Below, piece after piece: positions 11,776-22,540 of a stretch of DNA of 64,000 nt. The stretch's first letter is position 1. The number at the start of each line of letters is the position of its first letter. Source of the stretch: Rhynchopus sp. YZ270_cl-10. Its lineage: Eukaryota. Below the pieces are notes generated by a model, which saw nothing but the letters and a program-made list of their open reading frames with translations, was not told the DNA's origin and made no database searches. Position numbers and translations under genes: made by a program. The stretch covers positions 682,001 through 746,000 of the forward strand of contig OZ037838.1 of assembly GCA_964035575.1 (NCBI GenBank). Reading direction: 5' to 3'.

Positions 11776-12739
11776 TGTGAAAGGAAGAGAAGAGGGAAGG
11801 GGGAAGGGGGAAGGGGAGGGAGAAAAGGAGAGAGGAAAAAAAAGAGGTGTTTTTTTTTTTTAGTGTGGTGTAGTGCGGTAAAACCGCGGGGTAAAAAAAA
11901 AAAAAAAAAGGGCTCCTCCTTGTTTGGGAAAATGGAGAGAGGGAAGGGGGAAGGGGGGAGTGTTTTTTTGTGTCTGTTGTGTGGGTGAAAAAGAAGGGGG
12001 GGAAATGGATGGGGTTCTGTGGTAAAATAAAAGTGGGGGGGGGGGGGGGGGGGGGAAATGAGGGGGTGTTTATCGTGTTGGACGATAATGTGTTCTTTTT
12101 ATACCAATACTGGGTAAAAGATCGGTACTCAACGTAGATTGATCTTTTATTGTTGCTGTTGGTGGTGGGGCAGGGGAGTTTAAAATATCGGTTTACCGGT
12201 TTCAAAAACCGAAAAATTCGGTTTGAGGATTTTGAAAAAAAAAAAAAAAAAAAAAGCTATGGAAAACAGGCCTGGGCCTAAAGTGGGTGCCCGGGGCCCG
12301 ATTTTGATTTTATTTTATTTTTTCTAAGGATTTTACACGGGGGGAAAATTATTTTTTCTAAGGATTTTATACGGGGAAAATTTATTTTTCTAAGGGTTTT
12401 TCTGAGGGGAAAAAGTCTGGGGGGTCGGGCCGGGCCCCGTGTGGCTGAGAATAACTCGCACTCTGCCCGGGGAGTGCGGTACCAAGCCATAATGAACAAA
12501 AAAAGTCTCCACCCCGCTTCCTTCTGTCTCGTCCCTTTCACCTCCCGCACAACAGAATAAATAATAATACAGTATGGTGCGTGTGACTGCAAACGTCGAG
12601 GGAACCTTGCTTCTTGCAGTGCTGCAAGTGCTCGCCACCACGGTGGTAGCAAAGTGCATTGCGTTGGCGCACTTGGGCAGGCCCTGACGGCACTGAGGAA
12701 CGAAAAAGAAAATAATTCCGCGCCGCCCAGGGCTGCACC

Positions 12740-13290
12740 TTATAAAAAAATTTGCCTGCGGCGCCATTTTCCCTTTTTTGCTCTGCAAAAAAGGATTCAC
12801 TGAGTGGCTTTGTGGTGTAAAGCTGCATTTTTTATACTGTACCCTATTTTTTTTTCGCCTGCGGCGCCGTTTTATATTCATCCCGAACATTCGGGGTGCA
12901 CGTAGCGCGTAGCGCGCCCGGGTTTAGGACCCCTTCTTGAATTTCGAGGGGGCGGTTCACGTTACAGTGGGTCTAGAATCATAGTTCAATTTAACCCCGC
13001 TAAGCGACTCGCTGGTGGTAATGACCAAAACGTGTATCAGCCAAGAACTTGCCCATTTTTTTCAAAATGACCCCGTGACAGTGAGGGTAAAAGCTCGGAA
13101 AACCCGAAAAAGGCCAAAAAAAACCCCCCCGAAAAGGGAAAACCGAGAACATATTTCGGCAGGGGGGCAGCCTGTTCTCAGAAAAATCCAAAAATTGCCT
13201 GTAAAAATCCTTAGAAAAAACCCGGGTGCCCGATCCAAAAAAATGGAAAAAACCCCAGGGTGCCCGCCCACCCCTGTATGGAAAATCTGG
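12740..13290. repeat. dispersed repeat family member (other copies ~46330-47170; fragments ~51410-51580 and ~53690-53870)
   Basis: Shared blocks tttgcctgcggcgccatttt, gtagcgcgcccgggttt.ggacccc and ttgaatttcgagggg. Confidence 0.75.
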
Positions 13291-13291
13291 A

Positions 13292-15768
13292 CATACAAGT
13301 AAAACGGACGTCACGGAAATGAAAAAAAAATGCTCGACCCACTGCCGTCGTTGCCGTGAAAAATAAAAAAAAACGGCCGTGAAAAAAAAGCGTACAAAAA
13401 TTTCACGGCCGTTAAAAAAAAACAACGGCCGTGAAATTTTTGTACAAGTCTTTGAAGGAAGACACAGTGAAATATGAGAAAAAGCGCCACTCAAGAACCA
13501 TCCCACCTGATTTTTACCCCTGAAGAAAAGGAGGGTAGGGCAGGAGAGGACCGGTTAAGTGGTATCGCACAGAAAACTGCGCTGGGTACTGGGTACTCTT
13601 GTAGGGTCTTGTTGCCTTTTGGCACATGTATTGTGTCCACGGTGTGTTGTGTTCACTGCTCTGAAGGTGCTGGCTCTCATCTACCTGATGGGGTAAGTGA
13701 CACAGCATCTGACCCGCCATCTGTAATCTTCTGGCTTCAACACTGCCTTTCAGTTCAGCGTCCCGAGCGTCTCACAACCTCTTATTACTCTTTGCCCGAG
13801 AAGGATGTGTTTGGACTCACTCAAACCCCGTTCATCACTCTTGTGCCAAAGAAAGTGAAGTTATTAATGCAGGCACCTCCGACTGACCCACTTATGATGC
13901 CAGCCATCCGGATGAAAGCACAAGTACCCTGCGGCCAACAACAGAAGATGTAAAAAGGAAACCTAATGACTGGCCCGTACCGTAAGAGAACGAGGGCGGT
14001 TCACAACCGCTCGACAGCCGGCGGCCCACCTTCCGTTGAAGAGTTGTGAGCTTACAGGTACTGCAGTTCGCTGCACCCAACGCTTGATGCACGATAGTCT
14101 ACACAAGAGAGCAGAAACCCAAAAACACAAAAAGGGGTGGGCGGGGGGGTCACAACATCTCTCTCTTGGCGCCCCATGCTGTACCGACAGTTGGGCCTCA
14201 CCCTTTCTCTTAGGGATATACATGGACGTCCTTACAGGCAGCACACCGTAACCCAAAGGCGTGGCAGAGAGACTCCGCAGAGCGACTCTGGCCTGACCGC
14301 TGGCCATTTATGCTCCGGGTGCGAGCACCCATCATAGCATAGTGGGGCCAGCCTGACCCAGCATTTATATACCCTGCCAGGGTGAACTTGCTTAAAAGAG
14401 GGCAGGGGCGTTTAGACCCTGAGGACTAGGGGAAGTCCCGCATACCCAACAGAAAGACAAAGGCTATGCACTGGTGATAAAGGAGAGGCAGGGTTGCTGA
14501 AAAACAAAAAGACCCTGAAGGCACAAAAACGCCCCGCATACCCCTCCTCGCCTCCTGTTTTGTAATCTCTCAGGTAGGAGACATCGGTTCGAGCGGTCAA
14601 CACCTTCATAGAGTTTCTGGAGGAACAGACCCCCGGATGCAATTTAAGGTACAGCCCAGGACCTAACCCTACCTGAAAGAAAACATCGGACAAACAGTAC
14701 AAGTTCACGGGAGCAAAAGGGCGGACCCCTCCCTCTGCGCGTTTCTCGCCAACGTAGCGAAGAAGATCCAGAGGTGTCCAGAACGTGATGCGGTCTATTT
14801 TCCGACAAAAAAGACGGAGGATAGTGCGCGTGACCAGTTGTTCAATGGTGTGCTGATTCTGTCGGAAGACTTTGCACTGGAAGCTGAAGAACACTGCAAA
14901 TGGTTCAACACAGATGAGGTTCGTCTCACAGTATTGCTGTGCGCTCCACAACGGAAAGCCCATCAAATATGAGAAGAGTACTTTGCTCAAGAACCGGTTA
15001 CAAGTGCTGAAACACGAGAAATATGCCACTCCTAAGAACCCGGAGCACGTACAAGTGCTCAGAAATGCCACACTCCAACCACAATGAACAGTGGGGTAAA
15101 AACGTGGGCGGGCAGCGGGAGACCAGCGCAGTGAGGAGAGCCAGGAGCGCAGGGCACGCAGGTGATGGTTTGGATAAGTCCATTTCCTGTGAGAGTGGAA
15201 TCCGGTCGAAGTCATAGTGGGGCGGAACAAAGGTTGCAGCTGAGCTGTTCTCCAGGCGTGAGTGGCAGATTGTTGATACGGAGGCTGTTGTTCAGAGACA
15301 ACCGGTGTATGAGGATGCTCCCCATCAGACGCTGGAGGTAGCATCAATACTGTCCTTCAGGGCAGTAGGGATAACTCCACAGTTCGACACACAGTAGGCC
15401 ACGGCGACCTGCCAGCAGTTGTGACGGAGTGGAAACTAGGATCTGAGCGTAAAGCATTGCAGGCAGGGCAGGACCACCATAAGTGCTCGTTCGTGTCGTC
15501 AGCTTCCCAATCGCAGTGGGGCCAATTTTTTTTTTGCACTTTTTATGTTGCTTTTACCCCCCCAAGACTGACTTGGGAGGGATGGGAAAGGGGGTCTGGC
15601 CCTGTCTACGAACGAAAAAGAAGAAACAAGCAAAAAGCGTGGAAATATTTCACGGCCGTGATCAATGCAAAATTTCACGGCCGTTAAATTTTTCAGATTT
15701 TCTTCACGGCCGTGACCTCCCCGACAAAAAAAATTTATTCCCGTCGTGACGGCCGTTATACTTGTATG
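13292..15768. mobile_element. 2.5-kb P-element-like TIR element with degenerate internal cargo
   Basis: TIR catacaagta(a/t)aacgg(a/c)cgtcacg, subterminal cacggccgt repeats, and 7-bp TSD atctgga (13285-13291 and 15769-15775). No transposase recognised. Confidence 0.8.
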
Positions 15769-15948
15769 ATCTGGATTTTGAAAAAAAAAATTTTTTCCTC
15801 GTAACAGGGTTTCTGGCCAGAAAAATCCTGTTTTTGCAGATAATGTGACCCCACCATTTGACGGACGGAGCTCGGAGAAGCCAAACATGAGTGAAAGAGG
15901 AAGGGGGAAGTGAGGCCCTGGGCCGGTTAACCCCATCCCTCAAAAATT

Positions 15949-16493
15949 CCTTAACACTCTGTGTTAAGGTTTTTAAGGTTGCTTTTGCTACGCACCCTGT
16001 ACCTACACCCCCATACGGGGTCCATCAAAAATCGACATTTCACGCAGAGGCACCAAAGTGTAAGATTTTTTTGGCGTTGGAAAGATTGGGCCAAAAAAAT
16101 GAGGTATTTAGAATACAGTTTTCTGAGAGATTTGTTTTTAATTCCTATTTTCGTGTCGCGAGTTTACGTGGGAAACGCTTTAGAAACGTGCGTTCCTTAA
16201 GGCAAAACGGGCGTTTTTCACCGAAAAACACGAGTTTCAGCCCAAAACCCGGTTTTTTGGGCCCAGACCCGGGTATGTGGCGCCGGAAACGCACTTGCGG
16301 GGTACCGAAGGTGGGCTACGGTTTGTAACCACTCGTTGCGTTGCTTGGGTTCCGTTCGATGCATTCAGATCGGTTGCGTTGTGTTGGATGCGTTCGTTGC
16401 GTTCTGTTCGTGGGTGCCTGTTCGTTTCTGTTCAGATCTTTGCGTACATCAACCACCATCAAGAGGGAGTGTTAATGATCAGCAAAACTAAAT
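15949..16493 (+). mobile_element. Helitron2/Helentron-associated (HINE-like) non-autonomous element
   Basis: 5' hairpin ccttaacac-tct-gtgttaagg, subterminal inverted copy gagtgttaa near the 3' end, T|T insertion without TSD, and an internal cgttgcgtt repeat patch. Confidence 0.72.
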
Positions 16494-18733
16494 TCTTGGT
16501 ATTTACAACCCGCCTCAAAAATTCACTTTTTGTAAGAAAATTCTTAAAAAAGGAACAGAAATCGAAAAAAGTTGTTAAGGGATGAAGGGTTGGGGGTGGG
16601 GCCCGTGGGGGGGCGAGAAAGCTCGGAATTCGCTTTTTTTTGCCCAAACCGATTTTTTACCTCAAACCGATTTTTTTGAAAAAAATCCAAACTTTTAAAC
16701 TCCCCTGTGGTGGGGGGAGGGGTTTGAAAATGTTTTTTGTATGTTTTGAAAGTGCTTTGTGCTCTGTTTAATTTTGCTTGATAGTTTTGTAGACGTGGAG
16801 TTGGAGAGGAAGGGCGCGTTACTTTGTATGAGATTACGACTTATCCTCTTGGTGGGGGGAGGGGTTGGGTGGAAAAAAAAAAAGGTCACGCAACACTGTC
16901 CGTCCCCCCTTGTTGCCACGGGAGGGAGGGATCAATAATTAGCCAAAACAAAAAATAAAAATAAAGGCGTTACAAGATGAACTTAAGCCCCACTACGCTT
17001 ACTTAGGGGGTTTAAATACAAGAAAACCTCCCCGTACAGCCAGGTCTACGCCTAAAAAGGGGTGTCTTTACTCCACCCGGTAGTCGCCTTGAGAGAAGGA
17101 AGAGCAACAAAAGAGAGACAAAAGTATTTCAACATCTGCAATCAATAAATTGGCAGCATGGGTATAGGGATCAACAAAAAAATGTTCCCAACATTCTCAG
17201 AAGAGACAAAAAAGGGTAGTTGATACAATGGTCCTACGCTTCTGTGTTTAGGCAACCAAAGTACTGTCAAGTTCAAGGTGTACTATGCCCCTTCTGACAC
17301 GTCTAGGGGGTTAGTAACAATTTTCTTTTTCTCTTTCTGTTTGTTGAAAATCAGTTATTTTGTTATTTGCGTGGTAGCAGGGATTACGCTCCACGTGTGG
17401 AACGTATGGAAATCCATACGTGAATTGTTTTTGAAAAGGTGGAATCCATACGTGTCCATACGTGTCCATACGTAGGTAATTTGGGTTTTGGATTGGGGCT
17501 GGGGTGGGGTAGGTGAGGAGTGGGGCTCCGCCCCCACCTCTCACCTACCCCCTACAGAATTCTATTTGTAGGAGACAATATTCTTTTTTACCGGAAAAGG
17601 AGCATGCAGCATGGCGAAAGAAAATCACATTTGGGTGCCATGACTGATGATTTCTCCAGTTCTTCGAACTTTCACAGCCCTTCTCAACCAACTTTGCCAG
17701 GGAGAGCGCGCGCGAAGCGCGCGCGGTTTTTAATTGTTTTTGCTTAGAATTGTACGTGTTGAAAATCCATACGTACTTTTTTTATTTTTGGGGGAGCTGC
17801 GTAATCCCTGTTTGTATTTCAAAGTCAAATTCCGGGCTATCCTATTAGGCTGATCGCACTAATGTGTATGCGGCCTCGCTGTGCGGAGGAAGGCTTTTTT
17901 CGTTGCATCAACGAGTCAATCAAGAGGTGGGCTCTGTGGTCAACACCACCCCGAAGGCTGGATGTGGACATACAGTGTGACGTCATTTAAAAAATATTTT
18001 TGAGTCGCGAGTAAAGTGAAACAAAACACAATGTACCCAAAACGAGGAGTGGGACAAAAAAATAAAGAAAAATTGAAAGTGCAAACGCCTTACCGTTCAT
18101 CGGGCGGACGCAGGGCACTGGTGGAAATAATAACAAATTGTGTGTGGAGAGGCGGGGAGAAGATAAGAGAGGGAAAAAACAAACAATTCGTCTTGTGATG
18201 ATGTTTTCACATATCAGGTGACGTGTGGTGTGTGGAAATAGTGTAACACCGGGAAAAGGGCGGGAATTTGGGTCACAAAGAGAGGTTACGAAAAGGGCAT
18301 ATTTAACAGTTTTAGCAGTCAACAAACGTGGATACACAAAAAAAATAGGTTGCAATACATAAATACGGGGGCATCTATTTGGTGTAGACGGTCTGTGCAA
18401 GCTCAATTCTTTAGAAAAAATTGATATTTATTTATTTTTTGTGTCGACACACCTAAGAACCCACTTCGGGCTAATACGCTCTGTACTCAATGTTTATTTT
18501 TCTCCTTGCAGGATTAACAAAGGCCATACTTTGCAGAAAATAACAGATTTTTTTTCTGAAAACAAAAAATACGAATACAATACCACCGGCTCGCACACAT
18601 ACACATATTACAGGCAATCTAGCTACCCACACCTGCTTGCAAGCAATATAACGCACACCGACTCACACAGTTTACTAATTCAAATAAAATATGTCACAAA
18701 TGGGTATAAAAACATCTTCATCTCTCTCTCGTT

Positions 18734-18973
18734 CTACACACAGACACGCATGTGGCTCCATTCTTCTGAGTACTTTTGCGGCCATGGGAGCTCGTCTTCT
18801 TGTGTGTTCTCGGCATCGGCGGGGGTCGCGTACACACCAGCAAAGACACCAACGAAGAGCGCGCTTAGCATACTGTCGATCCCGCTCCAGTGGATCTGGA
18901 TGTGTCCTGACCAGGTGCGTCTCTGGTGTGCCTTTGCAAACCTTCTTGTTGTGTTCTGTGCGATGCGCAGCAT
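18734..18973 (-). CDS. small putative mitochondrial single-pass membrane protein (79 aa)
   Basis: MLRIAQNTTRRF presequence-like N-terminus, hydrophobic segment MLSALFVGVFAGVYA, and an upstream polypyrimidine tract with AG on the minus strand. Confidence 0.55.
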   Translation of the reverse strand: MLRIAQNTTRRFAKAHQRRTWSGHIQIHWSGIDSMLSALFVGVFAGVYATPADAENTQEDELPWPQKYSEEWSHMRVCV

Positions 18974-19631
18974 ATTGGGAACGAAAGGGGCGAAGGGAGA
19001 GAGAGTACAAAGAGAAAAAAGCGGGGCTAAAAAAGAAAGAGGGCGTCAAAGTCGAAAAAGGGTTGTGTGTTATGTGAATGCTGTGGTGTTGCTTTGCAAA
19101 GGTGGGGATTTCGTTTTGAGGAGGAGGGAGCTGAGGAGAAGGATCATTGTTCAACAGAAGATCAGATTTATATACTTTCAGTTCACAGAATTGAAAGTAT
19201 TTGAGAGGGTCAACATATGCACCCTTTTTTTTTTTGGTTTTAGATTTTTTATCATTATACAGAAGAGAAAAACTGAAAGAGGATTGGAGGAGGGGGGAAG
19301 GGGAGGTGTGTAGGATGTTCGTCTAGAAGATGCAGTATCTTAACAAATTAGCAAAAAAAAGAAAGAAAAACAAAGTTAATAAGATGAATATGCCTCACGT
19401 ATGTACACCTTAAAAGAGGGAAAACTTGAGAAATGGGAATTCACAGACACAGATCCGAAAAACAAAATAATCAGTTAAAACCAGGCAAACTTTTTTAAAT
19501 TCTTCAATCTGAGTGACCTCTGGGGTCAGGGGCATTTATTGTATCGACATCCCCCTTTACCATTTGCGAATCTAACTACGCGTGGATATATCCTCGCATC
19601 TAAAAATAACCCCCCCCTTCCTTTTTCTTCC

Positions 19632-21776
19632 CTAAGACTCATAAGACTCTAGTGCAGCTGCACTTATGCGTTGCTCACGACGGATGTTTGCTTTGAGCAG
19701 CGCAATCTTCTTCTTCAATGCGTACTGCTGTGCAGGGGTTGCACCCTCTGCCGCTGCATCGTTCTCTAGTACAGAGAGCTGCGCCTGCAGTGGCTGTACT
19801 GCTGCTGCGTGGTCAGAGACGACTGCGGCGCGCGTTCGTAGGTTGCCTACCGCCTTCTCACGCTGTGGTGACAACGCGACTGGATCGGGTGGGGGTGGTA
19901 ACACATTCGTGGAGGGGCCTTTGTACAGCGACGCAGCCTCGGAGACGAGGCTGCCTTGGTGATAGACACGTATGGTGGGCGGCTTGGCTTCGTGGGCATA
20001 GTGGTATTCACCTTCCCCGTGGAGCACGTCGTCTACCCAATGGCACGTCAGGCGGCTCCCCTCCCGGTAGTGGTAGGTGCCTTCACCGTGCTTCACCCCT
20101 GCGTTGAAGTGCCCAGCAAAGCGGTCGTTGTTCGAGCAGGTCAAGACCCCGTAGCCGTCGTAACGGTCGTTGATGTACTGCCCTTCGTAGCTGGAGCCTG
20201 AGGCAAGCGTTTCCTTCCCTTCGCCGTGGCGGCGGCCCTGCTTGAACGCACCACAATAAGAGCTCCCATTCTTGAAGCTCAAACTGCCCTTCCCATGATA
20301 CGCACCCCCCGCAAACGCCCCTTCATACACATCGCCATTCGCAAACTTCAGCACCCCGGTTCCGTGCTTGAGGTTCCCCCGGAACTCCCCGGTGTAGTGA
20401 TAGGCGCCATACTTTATCTCGATACCCTGCCCAGACTTGACCCCGGCCTCCCAGCTCCCCTCATAGGTGTCGGATGAGGCTGCCTCGTACCAGACCCCTA
20501 CGCCATGGAAGTTGCCGCACACAAACCCGCCTTCGTAGTAGTCTCCGTTTGCCATGTCGAGGCGCCCCCTGCCGTCGTAGAGCCCAGCCTTGAAGCCGCC
20601 TTTGTAGGCGTGCCCTTCTCGGGTGATCGCGCCAGCTCCGTGGAAGGTGCCGTCTTTGAAGCTTCCGGTGTACTTTAAGGGTGAAGAGTTCGAGAGCGTG
20701 CCTTCGCCGTCGAATTTGCCGTTGAGGACAGTGCCGGTGTAGGTGTGGCCGGAGGAGAGACGCATAGTGGCGGTGCCGGTCATGGCGCCTGCAAGGAAGA
20801 TGCCGTTGTACTCGAGAGAGGTGTTCTTGATGGTGAGCTCGCCGGTGTTGAGGCAGGGCGTCATGAGTGCTGGTGTGAGTCTCTTTTTCAGCAGCCCCAG
20901 GCCACTGTATACGTCGTCTACCCAGGCGCCACGGTACGACCACGTGCCGTCCTTTGCCTCTGCAAACCCCTGCCCGCAGCGCCGCCCCGCAATGAACTCC
21001 CCATTGTACAACGCATCCGCCGTCGCCAGCCGCCCCTGGCCGTGCATCACATCGTTGTACCAGAGTCCCACGTAGACCCACTGCTCCTCCACCCAGCCTT
21101 CACCCTGGCCACGGCGTTGGCCCTCACTGAAGTTTCCTACATACTGCTCGCCACTACGGTACTTCATCTTGCCAGCCCCATGCGGAAGCAACGCAGTCAC
21201 GCTCCCTGTATATTCCCAGTCATCGTTGCACAATGTGCCGGACCCAGTTACAGCGCCGGCAACGAAGGTGCCGATGTAGGTGGTCCTGCCTGTGTCTAAT
21301 GCACCCTGTCCATCCCATTCTCCCGATAGCCATTCACCGTCGTACGTGACGGTGGTGGTGGGGAGGTGCTGCAGAAGCTTCGGTACCGCAGTGTAAGTCG
21401 CCTTGCCAGTACCGGAGCGGAGCCCGCGCAGAAAGGTGCCGGTATAGGTGGAGTCGCCCGGGATAGTTTCTGTTGCATGTCCGCTGCGTTCGCCGTGTGC
21501 CCAGGACCCATCATAGACTCGACCATCCAGCCATGTGCACCGTCCCTGTCCGTGCCGCGCATCAGCCATGAAACAGCCTTCATAGGTCCACCCCTCGCTG
21601 CTCTTGCACACCCCGTTCCCGACGCGCTTCCCCTTCACCCACTGCCCGGTATAAGTGTCCCCCGTTGCGCCGCACACAAATGTCCCCTTGCCATGAAACA
21701 GGCCACTCTCAACGGCCTCACCACTGTATTTGTCGCCATTTTGATAGTTGCGTTTCAAATCGTAAGCGCCGAACAT
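19632..21776 (-). CDS. MORN-repeat protein with C-terminal coiled coil (probable start MFGAYD at 21776)
   Basis: More than 20 Y-x-G-x-W/F...G-x-G repeats (e.g. GDVYEGAFAGGAYHGKG). The first true ATG is at 21776. Confidence 0.95.
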   Translation of the reverse strand: MFGAYDLKRNYQNGDKYSGEAVESGLFHGKGTFVCGATGDTYTGQWVKGKRVGNGVCKSSEGWTYEGCFMADARHGQGRCTWLDGRVYDGSWAHGERSGHATETIPGDSTYTGTFLRGLRSGTGKATYTAVPKLLQHLPTTTVTYDGEWLSGEWDGQGALDTGRTTYIGTFVAGAVTGSGTLCNDDWEYTGSVTALLPHGAGKMKYRSGEQYVGNFSEGQRRGQGEGWVEEQWVYVGLWYNDVMHGQGRLATADALYNGEFIAGRRCGQGFAEAKDGTWSYRGAWVDDVYSGLGLLKKRLTPALMTPCLNTGELTIKNTSLEYNGIFLAGAMTGTATMRLSSGHTYTGTVLNGKFDGEGTLSNSSPLKYTGSFKDGTFHGAGAITREGHAYKGGFKAGLYDGRGRLDMANGDYYEGGFVCGNFHGVGVWYEAASSDTYEGSWEAGVKSGQGIEIKYGAYHYTGEFRGNLKHGTGVLKFANGDVYEGAFAGGAYHGKGSLSFKNGSSYCGAFKQGRRHGEGKETLASGSSYEGQYINDRYDGYGVLTCSNNDRFAGHFNAGVKHGEGTYHYREGSRLTCHWVDDVLHGEGEYHYAHEAKPPTIRVYHQGSLVSEAASLYKGPSTNVLPPPPDPVALSPQREKAVGNLRTRAAVVSDHAAAVQPLQAQLSVLENDAAAEGATPAQQYALKKKIALLKANIRREQRISAAALESYES

Positions 21777-21932
21777 CAGAGAAACAGGGAGGGGCACTGG
21801 AAGTGTGATATGTGTAGCGAGGAAGAGGGGTACTATGGGAAAGAAAAAGCAAAAAGGCACACCAGAAAACGAATACTGGTGTGGCCGTCAACAGATGGTA
21901 AAAGAACGAGTAATTTGATTTCACAACAGTTT

Positions 21933-22128
21933 ATACATGACAAGTGACTTTTTTGTCATTTCACTTGTCATTACAAGTGAATAGCCTATATCCCCATAGA
22001 AAATCACTTGTCATGACAAGTGGACAAGTGGCTCACTTGTCATTCACTTGTCATTTACTTGTCACCCATTTCACTTGTCATTCACTTGTCATTTTCACCT
22101 GTCCCTTGTCACTGGGTCCCGTCGTGTA
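21933..22128. mobile_element. short degenerate element related to the 50182-53365 TIR family
   Basis: tgacaagtg / cacttgtca repeats and the terminus ccgtcgtgt. Confidence 0.5.
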
Positions 22129-22135
22129 CAGCTTA

Positions 22136-22480
22136 GCGTACCCCCCCCCGCAGTGTGGTATACACCCAATCTCCAAAAGCCTCCAAAGTGAAAGATATTT
22201 TCGGTGTCAGAATGATTCGGCGTAAAAACATGTAATAGAACATCAGATCTCTGACACATTAGTATATAATTGCTATTCTGGTGTCGCGAGTTTATGTGGG
22301 AGATACCTGAGAAAACGTGCGTGCCTGAAGGATTCGATTTGGCAAAATAGGCGTCATTCACCAAAAAACTGATACATTCTCCTTCTGGATTAGATTTATA
22401 GTCTCAAACCACTTCATGTAGGCTGTGAAATACATTATTTCAGTGTAAGAACCATGAGGAGGCCGTTTGTGCACAAAGAC
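22136..22480 (+). mobile_element. diverged HINE-like element body running directly into the satellite
   Basis: Collinear similarity to 44598-44945: ccaaagtg.aagat, tcagatc.ctga, gtgtcgcgagttta.gtg, cgtgcgt.cct.aaggattc, agaaccatg. Confidence 0.6.
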
Positions 22481-22540
22481 AACACAACAACCCCACTCAA
22501 CGCACCTCATTCTACTGCGAAAATTTCCTCTTTCCAACAC

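Noticed and set aside
14412..15347. 311-aa ORF as the transposase of the P-like element
   Set aside because: No THAP or DDE motifs were recognised; treated as degenerate cargo.
17378..17810. cagggattacgc / gcgtaatccctg inverted repeat as a hAT element
   Set aside because: A 12-bp IR is present, but the flanks (cgtggtag vs tttgtatt) give no TSD, so it was not called.
18441..19313. 290-aa plus-strand ORF
   Set aside because: Low-complexity, UTR-like translation, antisense to a more plausible 79-aa gene.
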